DNA of 64,000 nt. Source: a virus. A model generated the notes under the pieces. That model had not been told where the DNA came from, did no database searches, and saw only the letters and a program-made list of their open reading frames with translations. The position numbers and the translations under genes are program-made. Where the stretch lies: positions 30,809-94,808 of the IMG/VR virus record IMGVR_UViG_3300031576_000013; one strand, given 5' to 3'. Below are positions 1 through 9,786 of the stretch, piece by piece; position 1 is the first letter of the stretch, and the number at the start of each line of letters is the position of its first letter.

Positions 1-143
1 AGGACTTCGATGGCTTCCTGCCCGTTTTCTTCGCCCAACCCTGGATTTCGTATCAAGACGACACGCGCTGGAGGAATGGCGACGAGATCGCCCCGGCTGC
101 TCGCGATTACGACCTCGCCGAGAGGGTATGTTCGAGCAGGCAT
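1..143 (-). CDS. Partial tail/baseplate protein following tape measure (runs off window)
   Basis: ATG at 143 directly after the tape measure stop; frame open to the window edge (MPARTYPLGEVVIASSRG...). Function inferred from position only. Confidence 0.55.
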   Translation of the reverse strand, partial: MPARTYPLGEVVIASSRGDLVAIPPARVVLIRNPGLGEENGQEAIEV

Positions 144-2486
144 TTATTTTGCTCCGACTTGGTCGATCACATTGCCTCGTTGACGTGTAGTGTCGATGAC
201 GGCGCCAATATCGCGGTCGCCGACACGCAGAATGATTCCACTGCTGAAATTTACGTTTGTAACCTCCATATTTGTCGCACGAAGTTTTGCTATCTGTTGA
301 GGGGTCTGTACTACATCGGCTTTGAACCGCTCGGCTGCGGCTGCGCGAACGCGAGCTTCGGTTTCACGTCGTCCCACAGCTGGCGTTTCCTTGGTGCCGA
401 GTCGCGCGACGGTAGCCGCAGGGCCTTTTTTCAGCTCATCCAGATCTTTTGTAAGAAGGATGTTTTGTTCGCTGAATTTGATCCTGAATTGGTCAAGCGT
501 GTCGGTTGCTTCTTTCAAGGCTTGTTTAGCGCCAGGAACGCCTAGTTCTACCATTTTTGCCTGGATGCCGGCGGTAATTTGCAGCGCGCGAATAGTCTCC
601 TGAGTTTCGGATTCGGTCAACGTCATGCCTTTGCGCCATGTATCAAACGCGTTGGTGACTGTGTCGGATAAGATCGCTATGGAATCGAGCGGCAACGATT
701 TATCGACTTTGGCAGCGGCTTCGAGAGCTGTCTGCATTTTGCGCGGCGTTTCCGGGTCGAACGCCGGATACTTCGTCACTGCGGCGCCCGTGAACTCATC
801 GACAATTTTTCCGAAATTCGTGACAAGTTCAGCTTGTTTATTGAGTCCTTTTGCCAACGACTCGGTCGCTTGCAGACGAAGGTTTTCTGTCTGCTTGACC
901 GTATCGGCCGCGCCTGACGCAGTACCGATATCGACCCCGAAGAATTTGAGCAACGCCGGGACGACAAGATCGGCGAGCAGCATCAAAATGCCGAATGGGA
1001 TCGCTAGCTTTAGCAGTCGGAATGCTTGAGTAAGCATACGAACGCCAAGACTGGCCTCCATTGCGAGGATCGGGATGCCACTTAAGACGATTTCCATATT
1101 GGTTAGTCCGCCGGTAGTTGTGTAGGCCATCGTCCCGAGGCTGCGTACCGCATTAGTAAGAAATTTGAAGGCAAACATTGCCAGCTGTCCGAAACTGACC
1201 AAGGTCAGTAGTCCGAAACTGACCAATCCGACAGCTCCCAAAAGTAGGCCGAATCCGGCGGTCACTAGCGGAATGAACGTGAATTGACGCGCCAAACTTT
1301 CAGCGTATCCTACCGCCTTGCTGAACCAGCCTACGAGTGTCGTTAAAATCGAACTCATCGGACCAAATACCGCTGCGATTAAGCGGCCTCCCGCTTCAAT
1401 CAATATTTTTAGCTGGCTGCTCAATGTTGCGGTAGCGACTGCAAATGACGGTGTGATTTCGTCGCCGCCCTGTTTGACCAAATTGTTGAAATAAGCAACT
1501 GCGTCAGCGCCTTTGACAATTTCCCCGTTCGCCCCTTGTATGCCGCCCTTCAATGCGACGATTGACGCGTGGAACGCACGTCCTGTTTTTTCGCCGAATA
1601 TGGCATTTAGCTTGGCAACGGATGCTGCGCCATCTCCCGTAACGTTGGCCAAGTCGAGCATGATGTCGGTCAACGGGCGTAATGAATTGGTTTGTTCGTC
1701 GATAGTTTTGATCTGAAACTGATCTTGCAATGCAAGCATTTTTTTCGGTGTAAGGAGTTCGGTCAGCATCTGTCGCAAAGCTGTGCCTTCGACTTTTGCC
1801 GAGCCGAAAGAACGGCGCATCAGACCTGCGGCGACCATCAAATCATCGATGCCCACGCCGGCTGTTCTGGCGTTGGCGCCAGCGGCGATGATGATGTCGG
1901 TAAACTCTTTCATGTTGAGTGAAGTTGCGCGTGCTAACCGTTGCATCTTGCTTAGACGTTCCGGAACCATAGCGAGCGGTTCGCCCATCAAAACTATCTT
2001 CTGGGTCAGTTCACGGATCTGATCCGACGTCAAACCGAATGCAGTTGCAGCCAACGTCAAAGGCTTGATGACTGGCTCGATCTGCGTGGGCGTGAAACCT
2101 TCGGCCAGCAGATTCGCGGTCGCCTGTGCGACATCGTTCAACGCGGCGCCTGTTGTTTTGGCTGCGTCGATCATTGCAACTTTAAGTTGAGTCAGGTTCT
2201 CCGTTCCTCCAAGCGTGACGACGTTGACCTTTGCCATCGCCTCGGCGGTCGAGTCGGCCGCTAACGCCAGCTGTCCAGTTGCACTCGCGACTCCGCGCGC
2301 GACGTAAAGCGCTGTGAACGCGCCTGCGACCTGGACGAAATCTTTTCTAGCGACCTTTGCGTGTTCGGCGGCCAGTTTCGTGCTTCCCGAGACGTCTTGC
2401 ATGGCTTTTGCCGTCGCCGCCGCTTCCTGTTTGACTCCAGGCGCGAGAAACCTGAAGAGGAACTCGATCGTATTGAGGAGCGCCAT
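144..2486 (-). CDS. Tail tape measure protein
   Basis: 780 aa, Ala-rich and helical with TP901-like core (GTALRQMLTELL) and hydrophobic segments; lies downstream of tubes and chaperone. Confidence 0.9.
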   Translation of the reverse strand: MALLNTIEFLFRFLAPGVKQEAAATAKAMQDVSGSTKLAAEHAKVARKDFVQVAGAFTALYVARGVASATGQLALAADSTAEAMAKVNVVTLGGTENLTQLKVAMIDAAKTTGAALNDVAQATANLLAEGFTPTQIEPVIKPLTLAATAFGLTSDQIRELTQKIVLMGEPLAMVPERLSKMQRLARATSLNMKEFTDIIIAAGANARTAGVGIDDLMVAAGLMRRSFGSAKVEGTALRQMLTELLTPKKMLALQDQFQIKTIDEQTNSLRPLTDIMLDLANVTGDGAASVAKLNAIFGEKTGRAFHASIVALKGGIQGANGEIVKGADAVAYFNNLVKQGGDEITPSFAVATATLSSQLKILIEAGGRLIAAVFGPMSSILTTLVGWFSKAVGYAESLARQFTFIPLVTAGFGLLLGAVGLVSFGLLTLVSFGQLAMFAFKFLTNAVRSLGTMAYTTTGGLTNMEIVLSGIPILAMEASLGVRMLTQAFRLLKLAIPFGILMLLADLVVPALLKFFGVDIGTASGAADTVKQTENLRLQATESLAKGLNKQAELVTNFGKIVDEFTGAAVTKYPAFDPETPRKMQTALEAAAKVDKSLPLDSIAILSDTVTNAFDTWRKGMTLTESETQETIRALQITAGIQAKMVELGVPGAKQALKEATDTLDQFRIKFSEQNILLTKDLDELKKGPAATVARLGTKETPAVGRRETEARVRAAAAERFKADVVQTPQQIAKLRATNMEVTNVNFSSGIILRVGDRDIGAVIDTTRQRGNVIDQVGAK

Positions 2487-2497
2487 ACCTATCCTCG

Positions 2498-2737
2498 TTA
2501 TCCCCGGCGTGCACGCTTGTACGCCGCGATTTCTTCGTTACGGCGTTTCACGATCTTTTCTTGGATCCGCAAGAACAAAGTGATGTCCATTTCCATCACT
2601 TCGGTGAACGAGAGGTTGTAGCTGCTCAGTTCGGACGGGGCCATGATCGTGCTCAGGACGGCGTCTAGCCACTCGTCTGCTTCTCGTTCGATTGCTTCCC
2701 CGTCTTCTTCAGATGCGGGAAGAAAGCCTGTACTAAA
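2498..2737 (-). CDS. -1 frameshift extension of tail assembly chaperone (G-T type)
   Basis: -1 frame open from slippery site C CCT TTA (2734-2740) to TAA at 2498-2500: FSTGFLPASEEDGEAIEREADEWLDAVLSTIMAPSELSSYNLSFTEVMEMDITLFLRIQEKIVKRRNEEIAAYKRARRG. Confidence 0.8.
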   Translation of the reverse strand, partial: FSTGFLPASEEDGEAIEREADEWLDAVLSTIMAPSELSSYNLSFTEVMEMDITLFLRIQEKIVKRRNEEIAAYKRARRG

Positions 2738-3438
2738 GGGAGGATGGCCCGCTGAACATTTTCACACCGGTTGCACTTGATTTCGATGATCGTATCGACG
2801 CCGCAGTCGATCGCTTCAAGTTCCTGTTGGAACTTGATTCCCTCGCTGTATGCGAGATCTTCGATCCACGTTTTCAGCGCTTCGAGATCGCTGGCGTCGA
2901 TCCCTTCTACGGCGACGATCCGACTCATATAAGTCGCCATGATTGCCGGCATTCCCATGTCGCGATTGAGTTCTAGCAACCGCGCGTCGTCGCTGCCGAT
3001 GAGGAATCGATACTTAACCTTACGCCCGCCGATAGTCGTCTCGAACGCTTTGCCCGTGCGTACGTTCTCGACGTACTTCGGATCCAGCTTCACGACTGGC
3101 AGTTTGTCCAGTTCGACTTCCCAAATGAAGTGGTTTTTGCAGAACTCTTCGCTGCATACGATATCCCATGAGAACTTCGGGCCGAAGGATGCGACTCGAA
3201 CTTCCTTGAAGGCGAAGATCTTATCCGCCTGGAGGATCTGTTCCCACGGGAGCACGGTCGGCGGATTGCTGCCCCAAGGATAAGGGCCGGGGTCGAGCGT
3301 CCGGACCCAGCAGTTACGTACGACTTCCGTCATGAAGCGCCCGGTACGTACGAGCTTGGGATCGGTGAGGATCATCTGCTCCTTCACCTTCATCTCCCGG
3401 ATAACGCCTTTAAGCCCAGAGGGGCACGTGATTTCCAT
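2665..3438 (-). CDS. Tail assembly chaperone (T4 gp26-like, two Cys pairs)
   Basis: Lies between tube and tape measure; ITCPSG...IREMKVKE start, CSEEFC and CNRC motifs. Confidence 0.75.
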   Translation of the reverse strand: MEITCPSGLKGVIREMKVKEQMILTDPKLVRTGRFMTEVVRNCWVRTLDPGPYPWGSNPPTVLPWEQILQADKIFAFKEVRVASFGPKFSWDIVCSEEFCKNHFIWEVELDKLPVVKLDPKYVENVRTGKAFETTIGGRKVKYRFLIGSDDARLLELNRDMGMPAIMATYMSRIVAVEGIDASDLEALKTWIEDLAYSEGIKFQQELEAIDCGVDTIIEIKCNRCENVQRAILPLVQAFFPHLKKTGKQSNEKQTSG

Positions 3439-3468
3439 GACCTAGACCTCCTGTTTGTTGTTCTTGAC

Positions 3469-3996
3469 CTAGAATTCCGTTTCGGCGGCAAGCGCCCTTA
3501 CAAGCCCTCCTTTGACGGTTTCGACGCCTGGTTTGATGATGAAGTAGTCGTAGGCGAGCGTCAATTTCTCGATGATGACGTCGTCACGGCTGTTATCCCA
3601 ATCGCCGGCTTCGAAATCGATCGGGAAGGCGCCGATGATGTGGTACAGGCGGGCCGCGTCCTTTTGCCTGTTGTGCTGACGCAAGACCAGGTTGCGCCGG
3701 TAGGTCGGTTGGACAGGCACGCCCAAGCCCGCGCCGCTCGAGTGGAGGATCGATTCGAGCGCCCAATCGTACATTCGGCGGCTGCGCGAGAGCCCCCGTG
3801 AAAGGGTTAGCGGGGCAAACGACGCTGGACCGGGATCCTTGATCGGGATTGTAGATCCCGCTTCCCGGTACTCGATGACGTCGATCGACGCCGTTAGCGG
3901 ACCGGCTGCGGAGAAGAAGGCATCGAGACGTGCGCCTTGAGGAGACGTGACCTCTAGGCTGAAGTTGAATACCTCGAATAGATCCCGAATCGGCAC
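3469..3996 (-). CDS. Tail tube protein 2 (T4 gp19-like)
   Basis: IEYREAG..KDPG...LTLSRG...YDW...GAFP..FEAGDWD...VIIEKLTLAYD; paralog of 4011..4526. Confidence 0.9.
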   Translation of the reverse strand: MPIRDLFEVFNFSLEVTSPQGARLDAFFSAAGPLTASIDVIEYREAGSTIPIKDPGPASFAPLTLSRGLSRSRRMYDWALESILHSSGAGLGVPVQPTYRRNLVLRQHNRQKDAARLYHIIGAFPIDFEAGDWDNSRDDVIIEKLTLAYDYFIIKPGVETVKGGLVRALAAETEF

Positions 3997-4010
3997 ATCA
4001 TTTTCTTCGT

Positions 4011-4526
4011 TTACGGGCCGACGGCCACGTTGAACCGGCCCGCGCTGAGCGCACTGGCCAATTCAAATCGATCGATAGCGAGCGTCAGCATCTCGATCAC
4101 GACCTCGTCCACCGTGTTATCCCACTCACCTGCGACGTACTTCTTCGGCCACGCTCCAAAGAGTTTCCAGCGACGGATGATCTGTGTCTTGGTACGGTCG
4201 TTCTGGAGGATCGAGATGTTGCGCGAGTAGAGCGCGGGAGGCAGCCCGGCGCCGATGCCGCCCGCCTTGGCCGGGTCGGCAACCTGGAACATCCAGTTGT
4301 GGAGATCGACGTCCACGCCGACGCCGCGATCGAGCGTGACATCCGAGATCGTCACGCGGCCCGGCCACTTGATCGGTATGAGCGCACCGCCTTCGTAGTA
4401 ATCGATCTGCGCGACTTCCTGAGAAAGCTCGCTGGCTTTCTGGAAAAACAGCTTGTCGATTCCGTCGATTTGCACACGAAAATTGAATTTTTCGTGCAAG
4501 GTTCGCGCAGCAGCGAGAGATGGCAT
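4011..4526 (-). CDS. Tail tube protein 1 (T4 gp19-like)
   Basis: FNFRVQIDG, YYEGG..KWPGR...VTLDRG, WKLFGAWPKKY, IEMLTLAID. Confidence 0.92.
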   Translation of the reverse strand: MPSLAAARTLHEKFNFRVQIDGIDKLFFQKASELSQEVAQIDYYEGGALIPIKWPGRVTISDVTLDRGVGVDVDLHNWMFQVADPAKAGGIGAGLPPALYSRNISILQNDRTKTQIIRRWKLFGAWPKKYVAGEWDNTVDEVVIEMLTLAIDRFELASALSAGRFNVAVGP

Positions 4527-5468
4527 TCAATTTCTCCTTTCGTCTGAATCTTGAGGTAACTGGGCGAATTCTGGATGTGCCACTTCAGAGAGGGATTTAG
4601 CGTTGTGACAGGTCATACATAGCGCTTGGCCATTTTCGACGTTTGACCTGCCACCATCGACGTAACGAACGCCGTGGTCGAACTCTAGCTTTTCAAGATC
4701 GTTTTCACCACAGCGAACGCATTTGAACTCGCAACGCATTAGAATCCTAACTTTGTCGACGAACGAGAACCCTCTCGGCGTTAAAATTTGTTCGCGTCGG
4801 CGGCTATGGCGTTTACGGCGTTTGTGCCCCGGAAGATATTGAGGCGGTCCGGCGTAATGATGGCGCGGCTTAAGTTGAATAACGCTTTTGCATCCGCAAC
4901 TACAAAAATACTTTCCTTGATGATCTGCGAGCCATTTGCTGATTACAGCTCGCCGATGATGGCCTTGTAAGAATCTAGACTTGTACCAGGTATGAAATCG
5001 TTTCAATTCAATGACCCCATCACAACCGCAAGCACACAATCGCGGCTTACTAGCTAGTTCTGCCAACTTGGCTGCGGTGACGGCCTTGCGATTATGACCG
5101 TAAATGTACAAGCGCGTCGCGGAAGGGCTGACGATGAACGTCTTTTTGCATCCGCAATTGCAGAGGCGGGTTTCACGCTTCGGGAGTATCGCGGCAAAAT
5201 GATTGCGTACGGCTGCAATCCTTCGCGTTGCGACTTCAGGCACCATCGCGTTGTGTCCGTGAACATAAATTGAGTTCGTCTTGCCGAGATTTTTCGCCGT
5301 CCGATTTACTGGGCTGCCGCAACCACAACTACAAACCAGGGCAGGCCCTTCAACGATCCATCGCTCGGCTGCTGCCTTGCGGTGCCCGAAAATCCACGAG
5401 CTGTTTTGCGGCGCAGGTTTTTCGCAGCCGCAAGCGCAAGCGCGTTTTTTGGATGCAGCATCAATCAT
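4527..5468 (-). CDS. HNH endonuclease with five CxCGC repeats (free-standing homing endonuclease)
   Basis: C-terminal CVRC...FDH...GG.SNVENGQALCMTCH; five CxCGC...GH repeats; AT-richer than flanks; sits between sheath and tube. Confidence 0.85.
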   Translation of the reverse strand: MIDAASKKRACACGCEKPAPQNSSWIFGHRKAAAERWIVEGPALVCSCGCGSPVNRTAKNLGKTNSIYVHGHNAMVPEVATRRIAAVRNHFAAILPKRETRLCNCGCKKTFIVSPSATRLYIYGHNRKAVTAAKLAELASKPRLCACGCDGVIELKRFHTWYKSRFLQGHHRRAVISKWLADHQGKYFCSCGCKSVIQLKPRHHYAGPPQYLPGHKRRKRHSRRREQILTPRGFSFVDKVRILMRCEFKCVRCGENDLEKLEFDHGVRYVDGGRSNVENGQALCMTCHNAKSLSEVAHPEFAQLPQDSDERRN

Positions 5469-5474
5469 CGCTGT

Positions 5475-7670
5475 TTACAGAGCTGCGCTCAGGAGCTCTT
5501 CCTGCAAGGCTCTCGTGTCCTGGGTGACGAGAAGAATAATGAACTCGGCCGGCTTCGCCGTGGCAAGCCCGATCCGCGCGAGCAACTTGCCGGCCGTAAT
5601 CACGCTCGGCGTGTTCAGCTGATCCGAAACATCGACGAAGAATGCCTTGCTTGGATCTTTCGACGCGAGCGCGCCAGCCTTCACGAAAGGCATGATGACG
5701 GAGATCAAAACGCGCTCTACGCGATCACGTAGCTCCGGCGTGTTGATCTTGTTCTTTGCGAACTGAAGTGCGCGCTTTGCCGTCTGTTCGACCGCCGAAA
5801 CGCCTCGGCGCTCGCCGATCGAGGGGAAGTTCGACGTTCCAAGGCCGGTCCGTGCGCCGTCCGCGAAGAAACCCTGACCTCGCATGAAGACGACGGGATT
5901 CACCCGCTTCGGGAAGATCAGATCCCGCTTCTCTTCCCTCTGGACCTCCGTCGTTTCCAGATCGACGACGCCGAAAAGCCGTCCGTCTTCGGTGTTCGCC
6001 GGGTTGGCGAACGGGCCGACTTGCAGGTTTGCGTCGTTGCGCGAAATCACGCCGGTGATATGACCCGAGATCGGTCCCACGATTGTATCGATGTCGGTTC
6101 CGAAGATCCTCGGTGACGGGTTCGGGATCTTCACGCGCGGCCAGTAGAGCGCCCACTGTTCCGAGGCCGTGAGCGATTCGGCATGAGCTGCGATGTCCTG
6201 TGCGGTGAGGCCGGCGGGCGGATCGAGAATCGCCATAATTCGGCGATTGGTTGTGATCTCCGCATAGGTGGTCATCGCGTTCTGGGTCGCGATCGTCGAA
6301 CCGTCCGGAATGACGAGGAGCGTGACGTCTTCGATCTCGTCAAGCGCGCGAATCCCGGTCGGGGACGGTACGGTGTCGCCAATCAATTCGACATCGGAGA
6401 TGGTCGGCTCGGTGCCGCCCGCGAGGAACGCGCCGTTGCTGTTGTTGGCGGGACGGGCGGTTCCAAGGACGCTGGCGGTCACGTTTAGCGACCCAACTTT
6501 CGAGTCGTTGATGACTGTCGATGCGTAACGGGGCGAAGTCGAGTCGAACACGTTCAGGTTTGCGAAGCGTTCGACGATGAAACCATCGACCTCGACATCC
6601 AGATTGAATTCGCTCGCAATCCCCGACGTGGCGTTCTTGATGAAGATCTTGACGGCGTTGCCCCACGTTCCGACTGAGGTGGCGGTGAGCGTGAGGACGT
6701 TCGCGCCGGCGGCGGTTCCTGAGTGGATGGAATTGTCGAAGCCGATCTCGTCATCGGCGGTCGACGTACTGTCCACTTGAACGGTGGAGGTCGCACCAGT
6801 CGTGTTCGACGTAATGCGAACCTTGCTGCCCTCGACGGAAGCGACACCGCCGGCGATGGCTGTGTTGATCGCGAGAACGACCTCGTTGGCGGTGACCGCG
6901 TCGATGTTGGCGACGTTGCCCGTCCCGAGGACGGCCACAGTCGAAAAATTCAGCTTGCCAGCCGCGTTCGCGGTGCCGCCGGTGACCTGGATCGCCGACG
7001 ACGAGCCACGTTTGTTGGACGTGATCGTGACCTTGGTGCCTGCGCTCGTGACCGTAGCGGTCGCGCCCGAAAGCTGGGCGTTGATGACCGCCGCGACCTC
7101 TACGGCTGTCGCTGCGGCAATGCTGGCGAAGTCGGCGGCGTTGAACGTGACCGTCTGAACTGCTCCGGCGTCGACCTTCACCGTCAGGACGTCGGCATCA
7201 GCCAGTGCGAACGGCGCGGCGTTGCCGCTTTCGACGAGGCCCGCCGTCGCCGTGAATGTGACAGTCGGCTGCGGCACGCCGTCGATCTTGATGATCAACG
7301 TTTCGTCGGTGCTTGGTTCGAGATCGTAAGGTGCGGCAACCGAGGAGAGGATCGATCCGGAACTGGCGAGGCCGCTTATCAAGGTCTTGAGCGCGGCCAC
7401 GCCCCCCGAGCCAGCACGCACGATCCAACCCGTTCTGCCACCTTGTAGAAAGAAGTCGCGAATCGCGATCGGCAGATCGAACCCGAGGCGGAAGGTGCCG
7501 AAGGTTCGCGCGTATTCCTCGAATGACGTTACGAGCGTAGCGACGTTCAGCGGGCCTTTTACAGCCTTGCCGACCGCGCCAAGTACGGCCGTCTGGATTG
7601 TCGGAAGCGCAGGAATCTGCGGCTCTTCCTCTTGAACAACGATTTTCGATGACAGAAGTTCGCCGGCCAT
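5475..7670 (-). CDS. Contractile tail sheath protein
   Basis: GAVGKAVKGPLN..LVTSFEEY..TFG, FFLQGG, ILDPP, ALYWP, RVNP, IGLATAKPAEFI. Confidence 0.95.
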   Translation of the reverse strand: MAGELLSSKIVVQEEEPQIPALPTIQTAVLGAVGKAVKGPLNVATLVTSFEEYARTFGTFRLGFDLPIAIRDFFLQGGRTGWIVRAGSGGVAALKTLISGLASSGSILSSVAAPYDLEPSTDETLIIKIDGVPQPTVTFTATAGLVESGNAAPFALADADVLTVKVDAGAVQTVTFNAADFASIAAATAVEVAAVINAQLSGATATVTSAGTKVTITSNKRGSSSAIQVTGGTANAAGKLNFSTVAVLGTGNVANIDAVTANEVVLAINTAIAGGVASVEGSKVRITSNTTGATSTVQVDSTSTADDEIGFDNSIHSGTAAGANVLTLTATSVGTWGNAVKIFIKNATSGIASEFNLDVEVDGFIVERFANLNVFDSTSPRYASTVINDSKVGSLNVTASVLGTARPANNSNGAFLAGGTEPTISDVELIGDTVPSPTGIRALDEIEDVTLLVIPDGSTIATQNAMTTYAEITTNRRIMAILDPPAGLTAQDIAAHAESLTASEQWALYWPRVKIPNPSPRIFGTDIDTIVGPISGHITGVISRNDANLQVGPFANPANTEDGRLFGVVDLETTEVQREEKRDLIFPKRVNPVVFMRGQGFFADGARTGLGTSNFPSIGERRGVSAVEQTAKRALQFAKNKINTPELRDRVERVLISVIMPFVKAGALASKDPSKAFFVDVSDQLNTPSVITAGKLLARIGLATAKPAEFIILLVTQDTRALQEELLSAAL

Positions 7671-7688
7671 TTACATGCCCTCCGGGAT

Positions 7689-8042
7689 CTAGGTCGTTCG
7701 CAGGCGTTTCGGCGACGCCACGCTGGGCGTCGCGTCGAGTTTTTCTTCGATCACCTTGACCTCGATTTGACCGGTTTTTTCGGCCCTTGAGATCTGCGGT
7801 AGACGCCGTACGGCGCTATCCAATGTGACAGGCGGATCGCCCCAACTCAGGTGGATTCCCCTGGCGCTTTTGATCTTGCTGCGTTGAAGTCCGGAGCTGC
7901 CGTTCGATTTCGATACCGGACGGACCGATTCCGAAATTGTGCATTCGCAGAGCCCACTCGGTTCGCAGTAAAGCTCGTGATAGAGGGTGAACGCCATCGA
8001 TCCCTCTTTTGTGAGTCGAATCGCCACTTTCGGCATCGTCAA
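7689..8042 (-). CDS. Hypothetical tail-region protein
   Basis: 117-aa ORF in operon direction just upstream of the sheath. Confidence 0.6.
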   Translation of the reverse strand: MTMPKVAIRLTKEGSMAFTLYHELYCEPSGLCECTISESVRPVSKSNGSSGLQRSKIKSARGIHLSWGDPPVTLDSAVRRLPQISRAEKTGQIEVKVIEEKLDATPSVASPKRLRTT

Positions 8043-8054
8043 CCTTTCCGAAAC

Positions 8055-8083
8055 ACCCTACGCGAATCCGGATTCAAGGTCAA
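8055..8083 (-). promoter_or_regulatory. Sigma70-like promoter with palindromic spacer
   Basis: TTGACC-17 bp-TAGGGT on minus strand; spacer contains the perfect palindrome GAATCCGGATTC (8064-8075). Confidence 0.45.
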
Positions 8084-8107
8084 GCAGCCTTGCATACGAT
8101 TTCTCCT

Positions 8108-9094
8108 TTAAGTTTGCACGGTTTCGCCGCTGTCGCCGTCGATCTGGGTATATTGAACCTCGCCTTCCGGGGCAAGCGGCGCAACGGCGAACGGCTCCTC
8201 GACGGAAACTTCGACCCCCCGCACTTCGCAGGACGCCGTGAACGTCCGGATGTTGTGATCCGACGCCACGGAGGTGATCTGGGGGGGCGTAACGAGATGC
8301 AAAACCAGATCGGCGTGTCCTTGGCTGGGGTCGTCGATGTTGAAAGGGACATGGAGGAAACGGCCTCTTTCGAAGAATTCTATCGTCGAGCCGATCATGT
8401 TGATCATCTCGATTTCCGAGTTCGTCGCCCCGATGAGCGTGTACGAAAGACGTGCGACGAAAGGAGGCATGATGCGATTGAAAGTTCCGTCGCCGTTGTC
8501 GATTTCCTTGGTCTCGTTGTGCCAGTACTCGAGATCGCGGGTGACCGTCGGCCCCTGGATGATCAAGACGGGGATCTTCGAGACGGCGATGACGCCCGTG
8601 TCGGGGTCCGAAAAGTCGATATGAGTCGTGTGGACGACGTTGAGGAAGACGTGTTGACGCAGCGCGGCTATCAGAGCGCCAGACACCATCGTGAATGGAC
8701 TGACACGCGCGGTAGGAGCGTCGGTCGTCTCGTGGACGATTGGCCGTTTGTACGTATAGACCGTCGTCAGCGTCGTCACGAACTCGCCTGCGATCGGCAA
8801 GCCGGCGTCGTCCAGATTACGAATCGTCAACTTGACGGCAGCTAAGGGATCGTCGGTCGGCGCCGTGCGGAACGGCGGCGCTGTCACTTGCAGCTTCGTC
8901 GAGGAGATGACGTCGACGTTCGGCGCTGGCTCGCTGTCGAACTCGACGGCCACGCTGGGGTTGCGTGGTTCCGAAGGGCCGACCAACGGTTGAGGTAACG
9001 GCAGTCGAAAATTGGTGCCAGTGACGGTGACGATGTTTCCGCCACCCGTTGGCCCCTTCGTCGGAGCAACCGCTGTGAACGTCGGTATCGCCAT
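8108..9094 (-). CDS. Tail terminator/completion protein with N-terminal IPT/TIG domain
   Basis: PTFTAVAPTKGPTGGGNIVTVTGTNF...SSTKLQVTAPP is IPT/TIG-like; C-terminal half and position fit a tail terminator. Confidence 0.7.
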   Translation of the reverse strand: MAIPTFTAVAPTKGPTGGGNIVTVTGTNFRLPLPQPLVGPSEPRNPSVAVEFDSEPAPNVDVISSTKLQVTAPPFRTAPTDDPLAAVKLTIRNLDDAGLPIAGEFVTTLTTVYTYKRPIVHETTDAPTARVSPFTMVSGALIAALRQHVFLNVVHTTHIDFSDPDTGVIAVSKIPVLIIQGPTVTRDLEYWHNETKEIDNGDGTFNRIMPPFVARLSYTLIGATNSEIEMINMIGSTIEFFERGRFLHVPFNIDDPSQGHADLVLHLVTPPQITSVASDHNIRTFTASCEVRGVEVSVEEPFAVAPLAPEGEVQYTQIDGDSGETVQT

Positions 9095-9786
9095 TATCCG
9101 CGCGTCCGAATTCGCAAGCCAATCTGAGGACCAACTACGGTCTTAACAAAGTTCCGAAGGACCATCTTCAATTGCGGCGCCACGCGGTCGAATCCCCGCG
9201 ACCAAGCATTTCGCGCGGGTACTGTGACTTGAAACGTCCGCGCTTTCCAGTTTCGCTTCGTCGAGCGCACTCTCGCTCTCTTGGTCTTTCCGCCGCCTTT
9301 ACCGCCTTTTCCTTCTCCGTAAACGATCTTCAGGTAATGGGCCATACGCGGGGTCAGCTTCACACGCCTTGTGAAACCCTTCGTATGGATCGCGGCCAGC
9401 TCGGCCATCGGAAGCTTTGAGTAATTGTGCGTTAAACCGAAGTAGCCGAGCTTGGTTTGGCGATCTCCAGGAATCAGACGGTACGAATTCAAGAGCTGCC
9501 CCGTCTGCCACAAGGGCGCGTCGTGGGTGACCGGCTTTCGTATCGGGAACACGCCCGGCTTTCCCAGTCGGCGAGTTGCCAGCGTTGCGTTGCTGAGCGG
9601 CGCCAAACCAAGGTTGTTCGTCTTCGTTCCTTCGACGATCGCGTTCCTTACTAGCGTTCCGATGCGTGTACCTGCTTCCCGAAACAAGCCCCGTTCGAAT
9701 AAACGGGGGATCCCGCGCAACTTTCCAGCGATGTTCGGCGGATCCTCGCGAAGTTCCCCTCCGGCGTTCTTGAATATCGTCGCCAC
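9094..9786 (-). CDS. Neck/tail completion protein
   Basis: Basic protein with APLSNATL..R, PLWQTGQLLNS, AAIH..G and VPAR motifs typical of virion morphogenesis proteins. Confidence 0.7.
   Translation of the reverse strand: MATIFKNAGGELREDPPNIAGKLRGIPRLFERGLFREAGTRIGTLVRNAIVEGTKTNNLGLAPLSNATLATRRLGKPGVFPIRKPVTHDAPLWQTGQLLNSYRLIPGDRQTKLGYFGLTHNYSKLPMAELAAIHTKGFTRRVKLTPRMAHYLKIVYGEGKGGKGGGKTKRARVRSTKRNWKARTFQVTVPARNAWSRGFDRVAPQLKMVLRNFVKTVVGPQIGLRIRTRG

Noticed and set aside
144-9094. Stand-alone eCIS or tailocin
   Set aside because: Capsid, portal, terminase and replication genes are present, so this is a phage.
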